A DNA stretch of 64,000 nt from an uncultured bacterium (GTDB lineage: Bacteria > Verrucomicrobiota > Verrucomicrobiia > Limisphaerales > UBA8199): assembly GCA_963749495.1 (NCBI GenBank), contig CAVVMW010000014.1:1-64000 (forward strand), in the 5' to 3' direction. Below are positions 19,906-29,813 of this stretch, piece after piece. Each line of letters starts with the position of its first letter. Positions within the stretch are counted from its first letter, which is position 1. Under the pieces are notes generated by a model. The model saw only the letters and a list, made by a program, of their open reading frames with translations, did no database searches and was not told the DNA's origin. A program made the position numbers and the translations under genes.

Positions 19906-20802
19906 TCAGGGACCCTGTCCCGGCACGCGCGTGCAGTGGAACTGGAGCCAATACACATCCGGGCTGCCCGGAACGGATTCGCCCCAAGGCACGTCCTTCC
20001 CATGACCAGCCGTCAGCATAGCCGCAGTCTGCCATTTGTGGATTTCGGAGTGCCCATCGGCGAAAGAAAAGCCGCACCCCCCGGCGTGGCCGTTGCCCGG
20101 GAAGTCCACGATTTCACGCGCGCCCGGGGCCGGGAAGCCGGTCATCTGGATGACAAGGAAGCCATCGTTAATGCTCCAAGGGTTCTCGTCCGTGAGCACA
20201 AACGTTGTAGCCGGTCCCGGCCGGTCGAAGTCTGTCAACTTCCGGAAAACCTTCCAGGCCGCTTCGGTGCTCCAGTTGTGGTAAGTGGGAGGAGCGTCAC
20301 CCTCCCCGCCCACCCAATTGCTCATGGAATAACTGCGGGGCCGCGGGACGAGCGCGCCATCGGGCGTACGGCCCAGCGTCAGATCCGCCGGGCAGTGCCA
20401 GATACCCCGGCTGTTCCCGCAATAGCGCCACAACACGCTCTTTTGTATCGTGTTCGTGTAGTCCCAATTCCCCTCATTTGCGGGGACGTCCGGGTTAATG
20501 TCCCAAGGAACGCCAGCCGGGCCGGACCAGACGTAGGGAGCAGTGGTGGGCTGCGCGCCGTACGACCACGGCAGGAACGCATTGTCCTCCCCATACATGT
20601 GCCAAGCGACGCCAAGCTGCTTGGAGTTGCTCATGCAGCCGATGTTCTGCGCCTTCTGTTTGGCCCTGGCCAGCGCCGGCAGGAGCATCGCCGCCAGGAT
20701 GGCGATGATGGCGATCACCACCAGCAGTTCAATCAATGTAAAGCCGCGCCCCTGGGCGGCCCGCGATGCCCGCGCTCTGAATGAAACTAGCTTGCACGTC
20801 AT
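19906..20802 (-). CDS. Prepilin-type N-terminal cleavage/methylation protein with H-X9-DG domain
   Basis: [33 protein letters not shown] and [13 protein letters not shown]. Confidence 0.92.
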   Translation of the reverse strand: MTCKLVSFRARASRAAQGRGFTLIELLVVIAIIAILAAMLLPALARAKQKAQNIGCMSNSKQLGVAWHMYGEDNAFLPWSYGAQPTTAPYVWSGPAGVPWDINPDVPANEGNWDYTNTIQKSVLWRYCGNSRGIWHCPADLTLGRTPDGALVPRPRSYSMSNWVGGEGDAPPTYHNWSTEAAWKVFRKLTDFDRPGPATTFVLTDENPWSINDGFLVIQMTGFPAPGAREIVDFPGNGHAGGCGFSFADGHSEIHKWQTAAMLTAGHGKDVPWGESVPGSPDVYWLQFHCTRVPGQGP

Positions 20803-20901
20803 AACACATTTCCGGTCAATCTACGCCGAGTCCAACTGGTATGGCTCAAGATTAGTCTGGGGGGCGCCGGGGTGTCAAGCCCCAAAGGGGCAGAATCCTT
20901 G

Positions 20902-20918
20902 TTGCAACCCAGTCTCAA
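20902..20918. promoter_or_regulatory. Candidate iron-regulator (Fur-like) dyad upstream of feoAAB
   Basis: TTGCAAC-CCA-GTCTCAA, an imperfect 7-3-7 dyad about 20 bp before feoA. Confidence 0.4.
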
Positions 20919-20937
20919 TTAAGATATTCTCCGCGCG

Positions 20938-21237
20938 GTGAAGCAAAAAGCGCCAGCGCCGTTGGTGATTCTCGAAGGCCAGTGTGCCGGGCCGGCAGTT
21001 TGTCCCCTGAGCCGGGTAGAGGCCGGGGCCGTGGTCTGCATCAAGCGGCTGGCCACGGCCCCGGAGCTGACCCAGCGGCTGCGCGAGCTGGGTTTCTGCG
21101 AGGAGCAGCGGATCAAGCTGGTCGCGCGCCAGTCGAGCTTCATCTGCCAGGTATGCAACGCGCGGCTGGGGATCAGCCAGAAGCTGGCCGACTCGATCCT
21201 GGTCGAGGCCGTTGCCGGTCGTGAACCGGCCGCTTAA
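20938..21237 (+). CDS. feoA: Ferrous iron transport protein A
   Basis: CPLSRV...RLRELGF SH3-like FeoA pattern; upstream of feoB. Confidence 0.85.
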   Translation: MKQKAPAPLVILEGQCAGPAVCPLSRVEAGAVVCIKRLATAPELTQRLRELGFCEEQRIKLVARQSSFICQVCNARLGISQKLADSILVEAVAGREPAA

Positions 21238-21247
21238 CCTGGAATTT

Positions 21248-21487
21248 ATGGACGCCATTCAACCTCTGACATCAGTGGCCATCGGGGCGACGGCGACCGT
21301 GGCCGAGATCAAGCTGCCGCCGGAGAGCCGGCCGCGGCTCATGGAGATGGGCCTGCTGGTCGGCACACAGGTCGAGTTGGTCCGCTTCGCGCCGCTGGGC
21401 GACCCGGTCGAGATCAAGGTGCGCGGCTACAACCTGACTTTGCGCAAGCACGAGGCGGAGCAGATCCTGGTGAGGCCGAGTGCCTGA
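21248..21487 (+). CDS. feoA: Ferrous iron transport protein A (second copy)
   Basis: RLMEMGLLVG, RFAPLGDPVEIKVRGYNLTLRK. Confidence 0.94.
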   Translation: MDAIQPLTSVAIGATATVAEIKLPPESRPRLMEMGLLVGTQVELVRFAPLGDPVEIKVRGYNLTLRKHEAEQILVRPSA

Positions 21488-21521
21488 AGGCGACGGCACA
21501 GTTGAAGTCAGCCGCAGCACA

Positions 21522-23975
21522 ATGACTCCCGGATCATCGAGCCCGCCGCCAGCCTGCGCTTCCCCGGTCCAGCTTACGGTCGGGGCCTCCGCCACCCCTG
21601 CCGCTGCGCCGCCGGCCCAGGCGCCGCCGGCAGCGCCGCCCTCGGGCGGCAGCCAGCCCGAGGGCCTCGGGGCGCGCCGCCCGCAAGCCGGCGCCGCTCC
21701 GCACACTTCGCCGCCTCCGGCCAGGAGCGCGGCCCCTTTGGCCCCGGCTTACGTGGTCGTCACCGGCAATCCCAACTGCGGCAAGACCACCTTGTTCAAC
21801 GCCCTGACCGGCCTGCGCGCCAAGGTTGGCAACTATGCGGGCGTGACGGTCGAGCGCAAGGAGGGCCGGTTGCTGGGCGCGCCGGCGGACCTCAACGCGC
21901 GGGTGCTGGATTTGCCGGGGACCTACAGCCTGAGCCCGCAGTCCCTGGACGAGGAGATTTCGCGTGACGTGTTGCTCAACCGCCTGGCGGAACTGCCGGC
22001 GCCGGCGCTGATCGTGGTGGTGGTGGACGCCTCGAATCTGCAGCGCAATCTTTACTATGCCAGCCAGGTCATCGAGTTGGGCCACCCGGCGCTCCTGGCC
22101 TTGAACATGGTCGATGTGGCCAGGGAGAACGGCCACGAGGCCTCCTGCCAGAAGCTGGCCGGGGCCCTGGGCGTGCCGGTGGTGCCGCTGGTGGCCAGCG
22201 AAGCAAAGGGCCTGCCCGAACTGCGCCAGGCCATCATCGCCGCCCTGCGCCATCCCCAGCCACCCGCGATGCGCCGGTTCTGCCAGGTGCCGGCCGCGCT
22301 GGAAACGGAGGCGGAGGCTATCGCCGGCCTGCTGGCCAAGACCTTTGTCGGGCGGCGCAGACAGGCCCCGGCTGAGGCGCTGCTCATCCTGAGCAATGAA
22401 AAGGCGCTCGGCTCCAGCCTCAAGCACTATCCGGATGGCATCGCCCAGGCGGTCCTGGCGGCGCGCGGGCGCCTGGAGGCCGGGGGTGTCGATTGGCGCA
22501 GCGCGGCAATCGAGGCCCGCTATGCCGCCATCTCGGACATCCAGCGCGCCGTCACCATCGAACTGGCGCCGCCCGGCGAGACCCTCAGCGACCGGCTCGA
22601 CCGCGTGCTCACGCACAAGGTCTGGGGCACGCTCATCTTCGTGGGGATCATGACGCTGATGTTCCAGAGCATTTTCAGCTTCGCCCGAATCCCGATGGAC
22701 GCCCTCCAGGGGGCGGTGAACTGGCTCGGGGGCGCCACGGGGCGGCTGATACCGCCCGGCGACCTCAACAGCTTGCTGGTGGACGGAGTCATCGCCGGCG
22801 TTGGCTCGGTCGTCGTCTTCCTGCCCCAGATCCTGCTCTTGTTCCTATTCATCGGTTTCCTGGAAGACACCGGCTACATGGCGCGGGCCGCCTTCCTGAT
22901 GGACCGCCTGATGAGCAAAGTGGGGCTGCACGGCAAGAGCTTCATCCCGATGCTCAGTTCCTTCGCCTGCGCGATACCGGGGATCATGGCCACGCGCACC
23001 ATCGAGAGCCCCAAAGACCGCCTGGTGACGATCCTGGTCGCGCCGCTGATGAGTTGCTCGGCCCGGCTGCCGGTCTATACCCTGCTCATCGCCGCCTGCA
23101 TCCCCAACACGACCGTCCTGGGGTTCCTTAAGCTGAGCGGTTTGACGATGCTGGGGATGTACCTGCTGGGGATCGTGGTGGCCCTGCTGATGGCCTGGCT
23201 CTTCAAGAAGACCCTGCTCAAGGGCGAGCCGCCCCTGCTCATCCTGGAACTGCCGCCCTACAAACGGCCGGTGCTGAAGGTGGTGCTCCGGCACATGTGG
23301 GAGCGCTCCAAACTCTTCCTCCGCCGCGCCGGCACCGTCATCCTGGGCATCAATATCCTCCTCTGGGCCCTGGCCACTTACCCGCACAGCAGCCAACTCG
23401 AGCGCCAATTCGAGGCCAAACGCGCCGCCCTCCAGGCCCAAAATCCCGGCCCGTCGCGCCAGGACCCCTTGCCCGGGCTCGCGCCCTCCGCCGGAAACCT
23501 GAACGAGCAACTTGCCGCGCTCGACAACCAGGAGGCGGGCCTCAAACTGCGTCAAAGCTTCGCCGGCCAACTGGGCCGGCTGATCGAACCGGTGATTGCT
23601 CCGCTCGGCTTCGACTGGAAGATCGGCATCGGCATCATTTCCTCGTTCGCCGCCCGCGAGGTCTTTGTGAGCACCGTGTCCACGGTCTATAACCTCGGCA
23701 AGACGGAGGTCACGGCCTCGACCATGAACAGCCTGGCCAAGACCCTGCAAAGCGAGAAGCGGCCCGACGGCACGCCGGTCTATACCACCCTCACCGGGCT
23801 GACGTTAATGGTCTTTTACGTCTTTGCCCTCCAGTGCGTCAGCACTGTGGCCATCGTGCGCCGTGAAACCAACTCCTGGAAATGGCCCTTCTTCCAATGG
23901 CTCTACATGGGGACGCTGGCCTGGGGCCTTGCATTCCTGACCCTTCACGCGGGCCACCTGCTCGGGTGGCAGTGA
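21522..23975 (+). CDS. feoB: Ferrous iron transport protein B
   Basis: GNPNCGKT, GNYAGVTVE, DLPGTYSL, NMVD, LEDTGYMAR and AAREVFVS. Pro/Ala-rich N-terminal extension; start 21480 or 21522. Confidence 0.97.
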   Translation: MTPGSSSPPPACASPVQLTVGASATPAAAPPAQAPPAAPPSGGSQPEGLGARRPQAGAAPHTSPPPARSAAPLAPAYVVVTGNPNCGKTTLFNALTGLRAKVGNYAGVTVERKEGRLLGAPADLNARVLDLPGTYSLSPQSLDEEISRDVLLNRLAELPAPALIVVVVDASNLQRNLYYASQVIELGHPALLALNMVDVARENGHEASCQKLAGALGVPVVPLVASEAKGLPELRQAIIAALRHPQPPAMRRFCQVPAALETEAEAIAGLLAKTFVGRRRQAPAEALLILSNEKALGSSLKHYPDGIAQAVLAARGRLEAGGVDWRSAAIEARYAAISDIQRAVTIELAPPGETLSDRLDRVLTHKVWGTLIFVGIMTLMFQSIFSFARIPMDALQGAVNWLGGATGRLIPPGDLNSLLVDGVIAGVGSVVVFLPQILLLFLFIGFLEDTGYMARAAFLMDRLMSKVGLHGKSFIPMLSSFACAIPGIMATRTIESPKDRLVTILVAPLMSCSARLPVYTLLIAACIPNTTVLGFLKLSGLTMLGMYLLGIVVALLMAWLFKKTLLKGEPPLLILELPPYKRPVLKVVLRHMWERSKLFLRRAGTVILGINILLWALATYPHSSQLERQFEAKRAALQAQNPGPSRQDPLPGLAPSAGNLNEQLAALDNQEAGLKLRQSFAGQLGRLIEPVIAPLGFDWKIGIGIISSFAAREVFVSTVSTVYNLGKTEVTASTMNSLAKTLQSEKRPDGTPVYTTLTGLTLMVFYVFALQCVSTVAIVRRETNSWKWPFFQWLYMGTLAWGLAFLTLHAGHLLGWQ

Positions 23976-23979
23976 CGGG

Positions 23980-24097
23980 GAAACGTGAAACGTGAAACGT
24001 GAAACGTGAAAGCGTTCACGGAGCGCCCAGCCGAGGCCTCACGTTTCACGCTTCACGTTTCACGTTTCACGTTTCACGCTTCCCGTTCCACGTTTCC
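23980..24097. repeat. Inverted heptamer array (GAAACGT)n / (ACGTTTC)n
   Basis: Seen directly after the feoB stop. Confidence 0.9.
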
Positions 24098-24237
24098 TCC
24101 CGGCGGATGGGGCTTAGGAATGATTTCGACCACAACCTATTGTGGACACGTCAAGATGGGGGGCAGACAGACGAGATCTAATTCAAGTCGTATGTACTTG
24201 GTTATCAGCCACATAGAATACGACACAGAAAATTCAC

Positions 24238-24266
24238 TTGCACGCGGGGGTGGAATGGGCTATAAA
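24238..24266 (+). promoter_or_regulatory. Candidate sigma70 promoter
   Basis: TTGCAC-17 nt-TATAAA, 25 bp upstream of the prepilin-like gene. Confidence 0.5.
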
Positions 24267-24291
24267 GTAGAGCCAGGAAAGCGAGACGGAC

Positions 24292-25095
24292 GTGCAGGCT
24301 CGGCAACAACTGTGTTCGGATCGGTCCATTCGGCGACGAGGGTTTACCCTCCTCGAGCTGCTGGCCGTGATCGCCACTATAGCCACGCTCGCCGCGCTGC
24401 TCTTGCCTGCGTTGAACACCACTAAGGTCAAGGCGCATCAAGCCAATTGCCTCTCCAATCTCCGTCAACTGGGCATTGCCTGGACGATGTACAAGGACGA
24501 TAATAACGACCTCCTGGCGGAGTCCTATTGTCTGAACAATCCGTCCGCGTGGGTCCAGGGCGACATGAGCGTTGCCGCCCAGGCAACGAACCTCAGTTTG
24601 ATCCAATCCGGCAAGCTCTTCGACTACAATAAGGATGTGCATCTCTATCGTTGTCCGACCGATGCAGGCGCCACGACCAGTGGAAGCCGCGTGGCGTCGG
24701 TTCGCAGCTATTCGATGAACTCCTTTATGGGCTGCCGCGACCCGCAGTTGGGCCCTATTCCCAATACCCCAACCGCCTCAGCTTACGTCCCATTCTTCAC
24801 TCGCCACACGCAATTGCCCACGCCGGCGAAGCTCTTCGTGTTCATCGACAAGGACGAGCAAAGCATCCATGACGGCTTTTTCGTCTCGGACCCTGGGGAG
24901 CCTGTTTGGTACAATTTCCCCTCCGTCTCCCGCAACCGCCACCTCTACAGTGCTTCGTGGACCTTCGCAGATGGCCACGCCTTGGTCTTTCAGTTCCGCG
25001 ACCCGCGCACTGCGCAGGTTTCAGTGCAGCAGACCGACCAAAGCGGCAACCCGGATTTGGCCAAGCTTGCCGAGGCCGCGACCGTCCGCAGGTAG
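24292..25095 (+). CDS. Prepilin-type N-terminal cleavage/methylation protein with H-X9-DG domain
   Basis: GFTLLELLAVIA, CLSNLRQLG, YRCPTD, RSYSMN and HLYSASWTFADGH. Confidence 0.9.
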   Translation: MQARQQLCSDRSIRRRGFTLLELLAVIATIATLAALLLPALNTTKVKAHQANCLSNLRQLGIAWTMYKDDNNDLLAESYCLNNPSAWVQGDMSVAAQATNLSLIQSGKLFDYNKDVHLYRCPTDAGATTSGSRVASVRSYSMNSFMGCRDPQLGPIPNTPTASAYVPFFTRHTQLPTPAKLFVFIDKDEQSIHDGFFVSDPGEPVWYNFPSVSRNRHLYSASWTFADGHALVFQFRDPRTAQVSVQQTDQSGNPDLAKLAEAATVRR

Positions 25096-25261
25096 GTTTT
25101 TGGAATCCTTGTCGGGACCTTCGTCGCAACCTTTGTCTCAACCTTCGTCGCAACCTTTGTCGGGACCTTTGTCGAGATCTGCCCTGCTCGACAAAGGCTG
25201 CGACAAAGGCCGCGACAAAGGTCGCGGTCGCGGAGATCACTCAAAACCGTATAAGGCTGCG

Positions 25262-26413
25262 CTATCCCGGGGCCTCTGTCGCAAGGCGCGTGCATGGCGG
25301 CGAGTTGGTCTTCCTGAGGTCCACCTCCCTGCCCTTCCAGCACGCCGCGCCGATGTCGTTCAAGCAGCCAAGCCGGTAGCGGTAGGACCAGCCGTAAAAC
25401 GGGTTGTTGGTCGGCCAAAAAGAGATCAGGTCCAACCCCGCGGCCCTGGCAAGCTCGATGGCCCGCAGGATGACCGGCCGCCGATCGTTCCAGTTGAAGA
25501 GCAGGTATTTCCATTCCAGAATCGGCTGGGAAATCCCCCGGGCATTCCGGTATTCGACCAGGGCCTTCATGTTCGCGTAGGCCCTATCGAAACTGCCGGA
25601 GCGTTCGTATTTGCGGAGCATCCGGTCGTTGATGCCGGCGACCGAGAACAGGATGTGGCTGGCGTAGAGGGCGGCCTTGCGCTTGGCGTCGGTGTTCAGG
25701 ACGATGCCGTTGGTGGAGATGACGATGCGGCAGGCGGGGTTTTTGGCGCGCAGCAGCGGCAACTCCTGGCCGATGTTGGGAGAGAGGAAGGGTTCGCCCA
25801 GGCTCAAATAAAAGAGTTGCTGCAGGCCCAGCTCCTTGACCAGGTCCGCCATGCGCGAGAGTTTTTCCAGATCCATCTGGGGGACGGCGCGGACGCGGGC
25901 GGCGGAGCCGCGGTCGCAGCCCAGGCAGTTAATGTTGCAGCGCACGGTGTTTTCGAGCAGCATGCCCCGGTAGGGCAGGCGCGGTTCGGGCTCGGCGAAC
26001 ATTGGCGGGCCGGTGTGCACGGTGGACTTGGGCACCCGCAGCAGGTCCCCGCACCGTGTGCAGGCCTTGAGCGGAAGCTTGCCCTGGGCCAGTTCCCGAC
26101 GAAGCCGTTGCGCGGCGCCGCCGAAGAATACCTCCTGGAATGTGCTCCGGTTCAGATCCCCGATATGGCCCGAGCCGTCGTAGTCCTGGCAGTTGCACGA
26201 GACGCTCAGGTCGCAGTTGATGGTCAGGTTGTACTCCGACTCGCCGCCCAGCGAACGGCAATAGAACCGCTGCCCTTTGAGCCGGGCGCACCATTGGAAC
26301 CGATATTTGAGCAGCAGCCGAAGCAGATCGCTGATCACCCAATTAAACCGCCGGCGCCTGGGTCGGGCAGCGCCTTCCCGTTGGACAGTTTCGCGAAAAG
26401 AGAACATCAACAA
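25262..26413 (-). CDS. Radical SAM protein with N-terminal SPASM/twitch-like domain
   Basis: CNINCLGC, GEPFL and ISTNG. N-terminal C...VSCNC...IGDL...CTRC. Confidence 0.88.
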   Translation of the reverse strand: MLMFSFRETVQREGAARPRRRRFNWVISDLLRLLLKYRFQWCARLKGQRFYCRSLGGESEYNLTINCDLSVSCNCQDYDGSGHIGDLNRSTFQEVFFGGAAQRLRRELAQGKLPLKACTRCGDLLRVPKSTVHTGPPMFAEPEPRLPYRGMLLENTVRCNINCLGCDRGSAARVRAVPQMDLEKLSRMADLVKELGLQQLFYLSLGEPFLSPNIGQELPLLRAKNPACRIVISTNGIVLNTDAKRKAALYASHILFSVAGINDRMLRKYERSGSFDRAYANMKALVEYRNARGISQPILEWKYLLFNWNDRRPVILRAIELARAAGLDLISFWPTNNPFYGWSYRYRLGCLNDIGAACWKGREVDLRKTNSPPCTRLATEAPG

Positions 26414-26539
26414 TCATAATCCCATTTCGAGGGCAGAAGGTCAACGCCGGGGCAGGACTTTGCCGCACCACGGGTGTGAGACAGAGTTCTTCTTGGACCT
26501 CCGGATCGCAGACCTCAGAGCTGATCCGGGCCTTGGATC

Positions 26540-26628
26540 CTTCGTTTCCTTCGTTTCCTTCTGTTCTCTTCCTCCGTCCCGCCGGCTGGGCACAGGAACT
26601 GAACAGAAGGAAACGAAGGAAACGAAGA
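26540..26628. repeat. Inverted 9-mer array (CTTCGTTTC)n / (GAAACGAAG)n hairpin
   Basis: Seen directly. Confidence 0.8.
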
Positions 26629-26751
26629 GGCGGCCTGACGCGGCGGCGGCGCTCGGGTCCGTGCCAGTTCCTATCTGGACTCCGAGACACTTCTTGTGAC
26701 GAAAGCCCAGCAAAATCCCTTTTGTGAAGGTTTTTGTCCTACACCCCCGCA

Positions 26752-27819
26752 TCACACGACCCGGGTGACGCCCTTGCCGCGGGTCACTTCGCCGATCAAC
26801 CACGCCCGGTGGCCCCGGGCGCGAATGAAGTCGAGGATCGAGCCGGCCCGGGCTGCGGCGACGATGAGGGTCAGGCCGATGCCCATGTTGAACACCTGGT
26901 AGAGCTCGGCCTCCGGCACGCGGCCACGGGCGCGGATGAGCTCGAAGATCGGCAGCGTCTGCCAACTCCCCTTGCGGATGAGGACGTTGCAGTTGGGGGG
27001 CAGCACGCGGGGGATGTTGTCGATGAACCCGCCGCCGGTGATATGGGCCAGGGCCCTCACGGCCGGGGCGGGGGCGCGCCGCCCGCGCGGGGCCGGATTG
27101 AACTTGCGGAGGAGCTCCAGGATAAGCGGGCCGTAACTCAGGTGGACCTTGAGCAACTCGTTGCCGAGTCTGTTGCCCAGCTCGGGCACATAACTGGCGG
27201 GCTTGAGCCGAAGCTGCTCGAAGAAGATCTTCCGGGCCAGGGAGTAGCCGTTGGTGTGCAGCCCGCTGGACGCCAGGCCCAAAACCGCATCCCCCGGGCG
27301 CACGGCCTTGCCGTCGATAATCCGGGACTTTTCGACCACACCGACAATCGTGCCGGACAGGTCGTATTCGCCGGGCTGGTAGAACCCCGGCATCTGGGCG
27401 GTCTCGCCGCCGATCAGGGCGCAACGGTTTTGGGCACAGGCCAGCGCAAAGCCCCGGAGGATGGCCCGAAAGACGCGAGGCTCCAGCTTGCCCGTGCCCA
27501 GGTAATCCAGGAAAAACAGCGGCTCGGCGCCCAGGACGGCAATGTCGTTGACACAATGGTTGACGAGGTCCTGGCCGACGGTGTCATGACGGTCCATGGC
27601 GAAGGCCAGCTTGAGTTTGGTGCCGACGCCATCAACGCTGGAGACCAGGACGGGTTGGCGGTAGCCGCGGGTATCCAGGGCGAAGAGGCCGCCGAATCCG
27701 CCGACCGTGCCGAGCACCTCGCGCCGGTGCGTCGAGGCGAGCAACTCCGGCAACGCCCCCTTGACTTTGTTGCCCAAATCGATGTCCACGCCCGCCCGGG
27801 CATAAGCTTTCTGTCTCAT
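26752..27819 (-). CDS. purM: Phosphoribosylformylglycinamidine cyclo-ligase
   Basis: YARAGVDI, GGFGGLF, DGVGTK, GGETAQMP, SSGLHTNGYS and FNMGIG. Confidence 0.97.
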   Translation of the reverse strand: MRQKAYARAGVDIDLGNKVKGALPELLASTHRREVLGTVGGFGGLFALDTRGYRQPVLVSSVDGVGTKLKLAFAMDRHDTVGQDLVNHCVNDIAVLGAEPLFFLDYLGTGKLEPRVFRAILRGFALACAQNRCALIGGETAQMPGFYQPGEYDLSGTIVGVVEKSRIIDGKAVRPGDAVLGLASSGLHTNGYSLARKIFFEQLRLKPASYVPELGNRLGNELLKVHLSYGPLILELLRKFNPAPRGRRAPAPAVRALAHITGGGFIDNIPRVLPPNCNVLIRKGSWQTLPIFELIRARGRVPEAELYQVFNMGIGLTLIVAAARAGSILDFIRARGHRAWLIGEVTRGKGVTRVV

Positions 27820-27962
27820 GTTCTCTCTCGATGACTGCCAAGGCACCACAAAAAGAGGAATTGCCGGCCCCAGGTCAATAACCAAGTGCGGCCCGAAACT
27901 TCTTCCCAAATGCGTTTTTCAATTTGCTGTGGCGCGATTTTGCGGCTAGATCACTGACTGTA

Positions 27963-29351
27963 ATGCGTTGGCGTGTGGTTGCATTGGCTTCGCTGGGCGC
28001 CAATTTGATATTGGCGGTGGCCTGGTTGACTCTGCCGCCCCGTCCCGCCCCCGAGAGCCGCTCGGCAATCCTCGCGGGGGCCACACAGGTTCAGCCTGGC
28101 CCTGGCGAGACTAACATCGTCGTGCGGCGCCAGTTTTTCACTTGGCGCGAGGTGGAGTCCGACGATTATCCCACCTATATCGCCAACCTGCGCGACATTG
28201 GCTGCCCGGAACAGACGATTCGGGACATCATTATCGCGGATGTCAATTCGTTGTATTCGCGGCGGCGCGCCACGGAGATTCTCACCCCCGAGCAGCAGTG
28301 GTGGCGGACTGAGCCGGACACTAATGTGCTGCAAATCGCCGCGCAGAAGGCGCGGGAACTGGAGCTGGAGCGGCACGATTTGCTCGTGCGCCTCCTGGGA
28401 ACCAACTGGGAATCCGGCGACCTGGTCAGCCTGCCCCGGCCCTCGCGCCCGGGCCTGAGCCTGGACGGCCTGCAGCTCGGGGGGTTGGCCCCCGAGGTCA
28501 AACAGTCCATCCAGGAGGCCGGCCTCCGCTCGATCGAACGGATGCAGGCCTATCTGGAGGCCCAAACCGCCGCCGGCAAGGCCCTGGACCCCGTCGAACT
28601 GGCCAAACTCCGCCAGCAAACCCGCGAGGACCTGGCGCGGGTGCTCAACCCGGCCCAACTCGAGGAGTTCTTGCTGCGCTACTCTCAAAACGCCAGCGAC
28701 CTCCGCACCGAGATCGGCCAATTGGGCTATTTCAACGTCACCTCCAACGAGTTCCGCCTCCTCTTCCGCGCCACGGACAACCTGGACCAGCAAATCCAGA
28801 CCCTCTCGGGCAACGACCCCAACACAGTGACCCAGCGCAATGCCCTGGAGAGCGCCCGCGAAAACGCCATCAAGCTCGCCCTGGGGCCCAAACGCTACGA
28901 AGAATACCGCAACCTGCAGGACCCGCTCTACCGCCAGGCCATGGCCCAGGCCATCCAGGCCGGCACCCCGGAGGCCGCCGCCACCATCTACCAGATCAGC
29001 CTCGCCGCCCAGTCCGAGCAGGACAGCATCCGCTCCGCGACCAACCTCACCGCCTCCCAGAAGAACATCGAACTCAAGCAGCTTGAACTGGATCAACTCA
29101 CCGCCAACACCCTGGCCGCGGGCCAGGATCTGCCCCCCGAGCTCCGGCAACCACCGGCCCCGCCCGGCCTGAACCTCCAACGGACCTATACGGTCCATCC
29201 CGGCGACAATGCCGCCGTGGTCTCGATGATCTACGGCGTGCCCGTCAGCCTCCTGCGCCAGGCCAACCCTGCTTTGAATCTCAACCGCCTCAGGCCAGGC
29301 GACATGCTCGTCATCCCCCCTGTGCAATTTCCCCCGGGCGCAGCGCCGTAG
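27963..29351 (+). CDS. Membrane-anchored protein with C-terminal LysM domain
   Basis: N-terminal TM; C-terminal YTVHPGD...YGV...LRQANP...LRPGDMLVIP. Confidence 0.85.
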   Translation: MRWRVVALASLGANLILAVAWLTLPPRPAPESRSAILAGATQVQPGPGETNIVVRRQFFTWREVESDDYPTYIANLRDIGCPEQTIRDIIIADVNSLYSRRRATEILTPEQQWWRTEPDTNVLQIAAQKARELELERHDLLVRLLGTNWESGDLVSLPRPSRPGLSLDGLQLGGLAPEVKQSIQEAGLRSIERMQAYLEAQTAAGKALDPVELAKLRQQTREDLARVLNPAQLEEFLLRYSQNASDLRTEIGQLGYFNVTSNEFRLLFRATDNLDQQIQTLSGNDPNTVTQRNALESARENAIKLALGPKRYEEYRNLQDPLYRQAMAQAIQAGTPEAAATIYQISLAAQSEQDSIRSATNLTASQKNIELKQLELDQLTANTLAAGQDLPPELRQPPAPPGLNLQRTYTVHPGDNAAVVSMIYGVPVSLLRQANPALNLNRLRPGDMLVIPPVQFPPGAAP

Positions 29352-29382
29352 GGCGGGCCGAGCATCGATTCCAGCGCCAAGC

Positions 29383-29795
29383 CGTCAGGCGTCGCTACGC
29401 GACGCGTGATTCTTCCAACGCTCTAAACCGTGGACCGAGGTCCACGGCTACCTTCACTGCGTCGCTCCGCGACGCGCCCGTTGCGTCCGGCTCACCGCGT
29501 AGCGGTGCCCGATGGTAGCCGTGGACTTCCAGTCCACGGAATCCCGGCCCAACATCACCCGCGTCGCGTAGCGACGCCTCAAAACAACTCCAAACCGTGG
29601 ACCGAGGTTCACGGCTTACCTTCACTGCGTCGCTCCGCGACGCGCGCCTTGCGTCCGGCTCACCGCGTAGCGGTGCCCGATGGTAGCCCTGGACTTCCAG
29701 TCCACGGAATCCCGGCCCAACATCACCCGCGTCGCGTAGCGACGCCTCAAAACAACTCCAAACCGTGGACCGAGGTTCACGGCTGCCTTCACTGG
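29383..29795. repeat. Tandem family A REP modules (about 167-bp unit starting near 29425, 29592 and 29760)
   Basis: Near-identical units with identical linkers, so not a CRISPR array. Confidence 0.9.
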
Positions 29796-29813
29796 GACGA
29801 CGTGCGCCGTCGA

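Noticed and set aside
29383..29795. Possible CRISPR array
   Set aside because: The units are about 167 bp with identical linkers, the palindromes are dispersed through the window, and no cas genes are present. These are REP modules.
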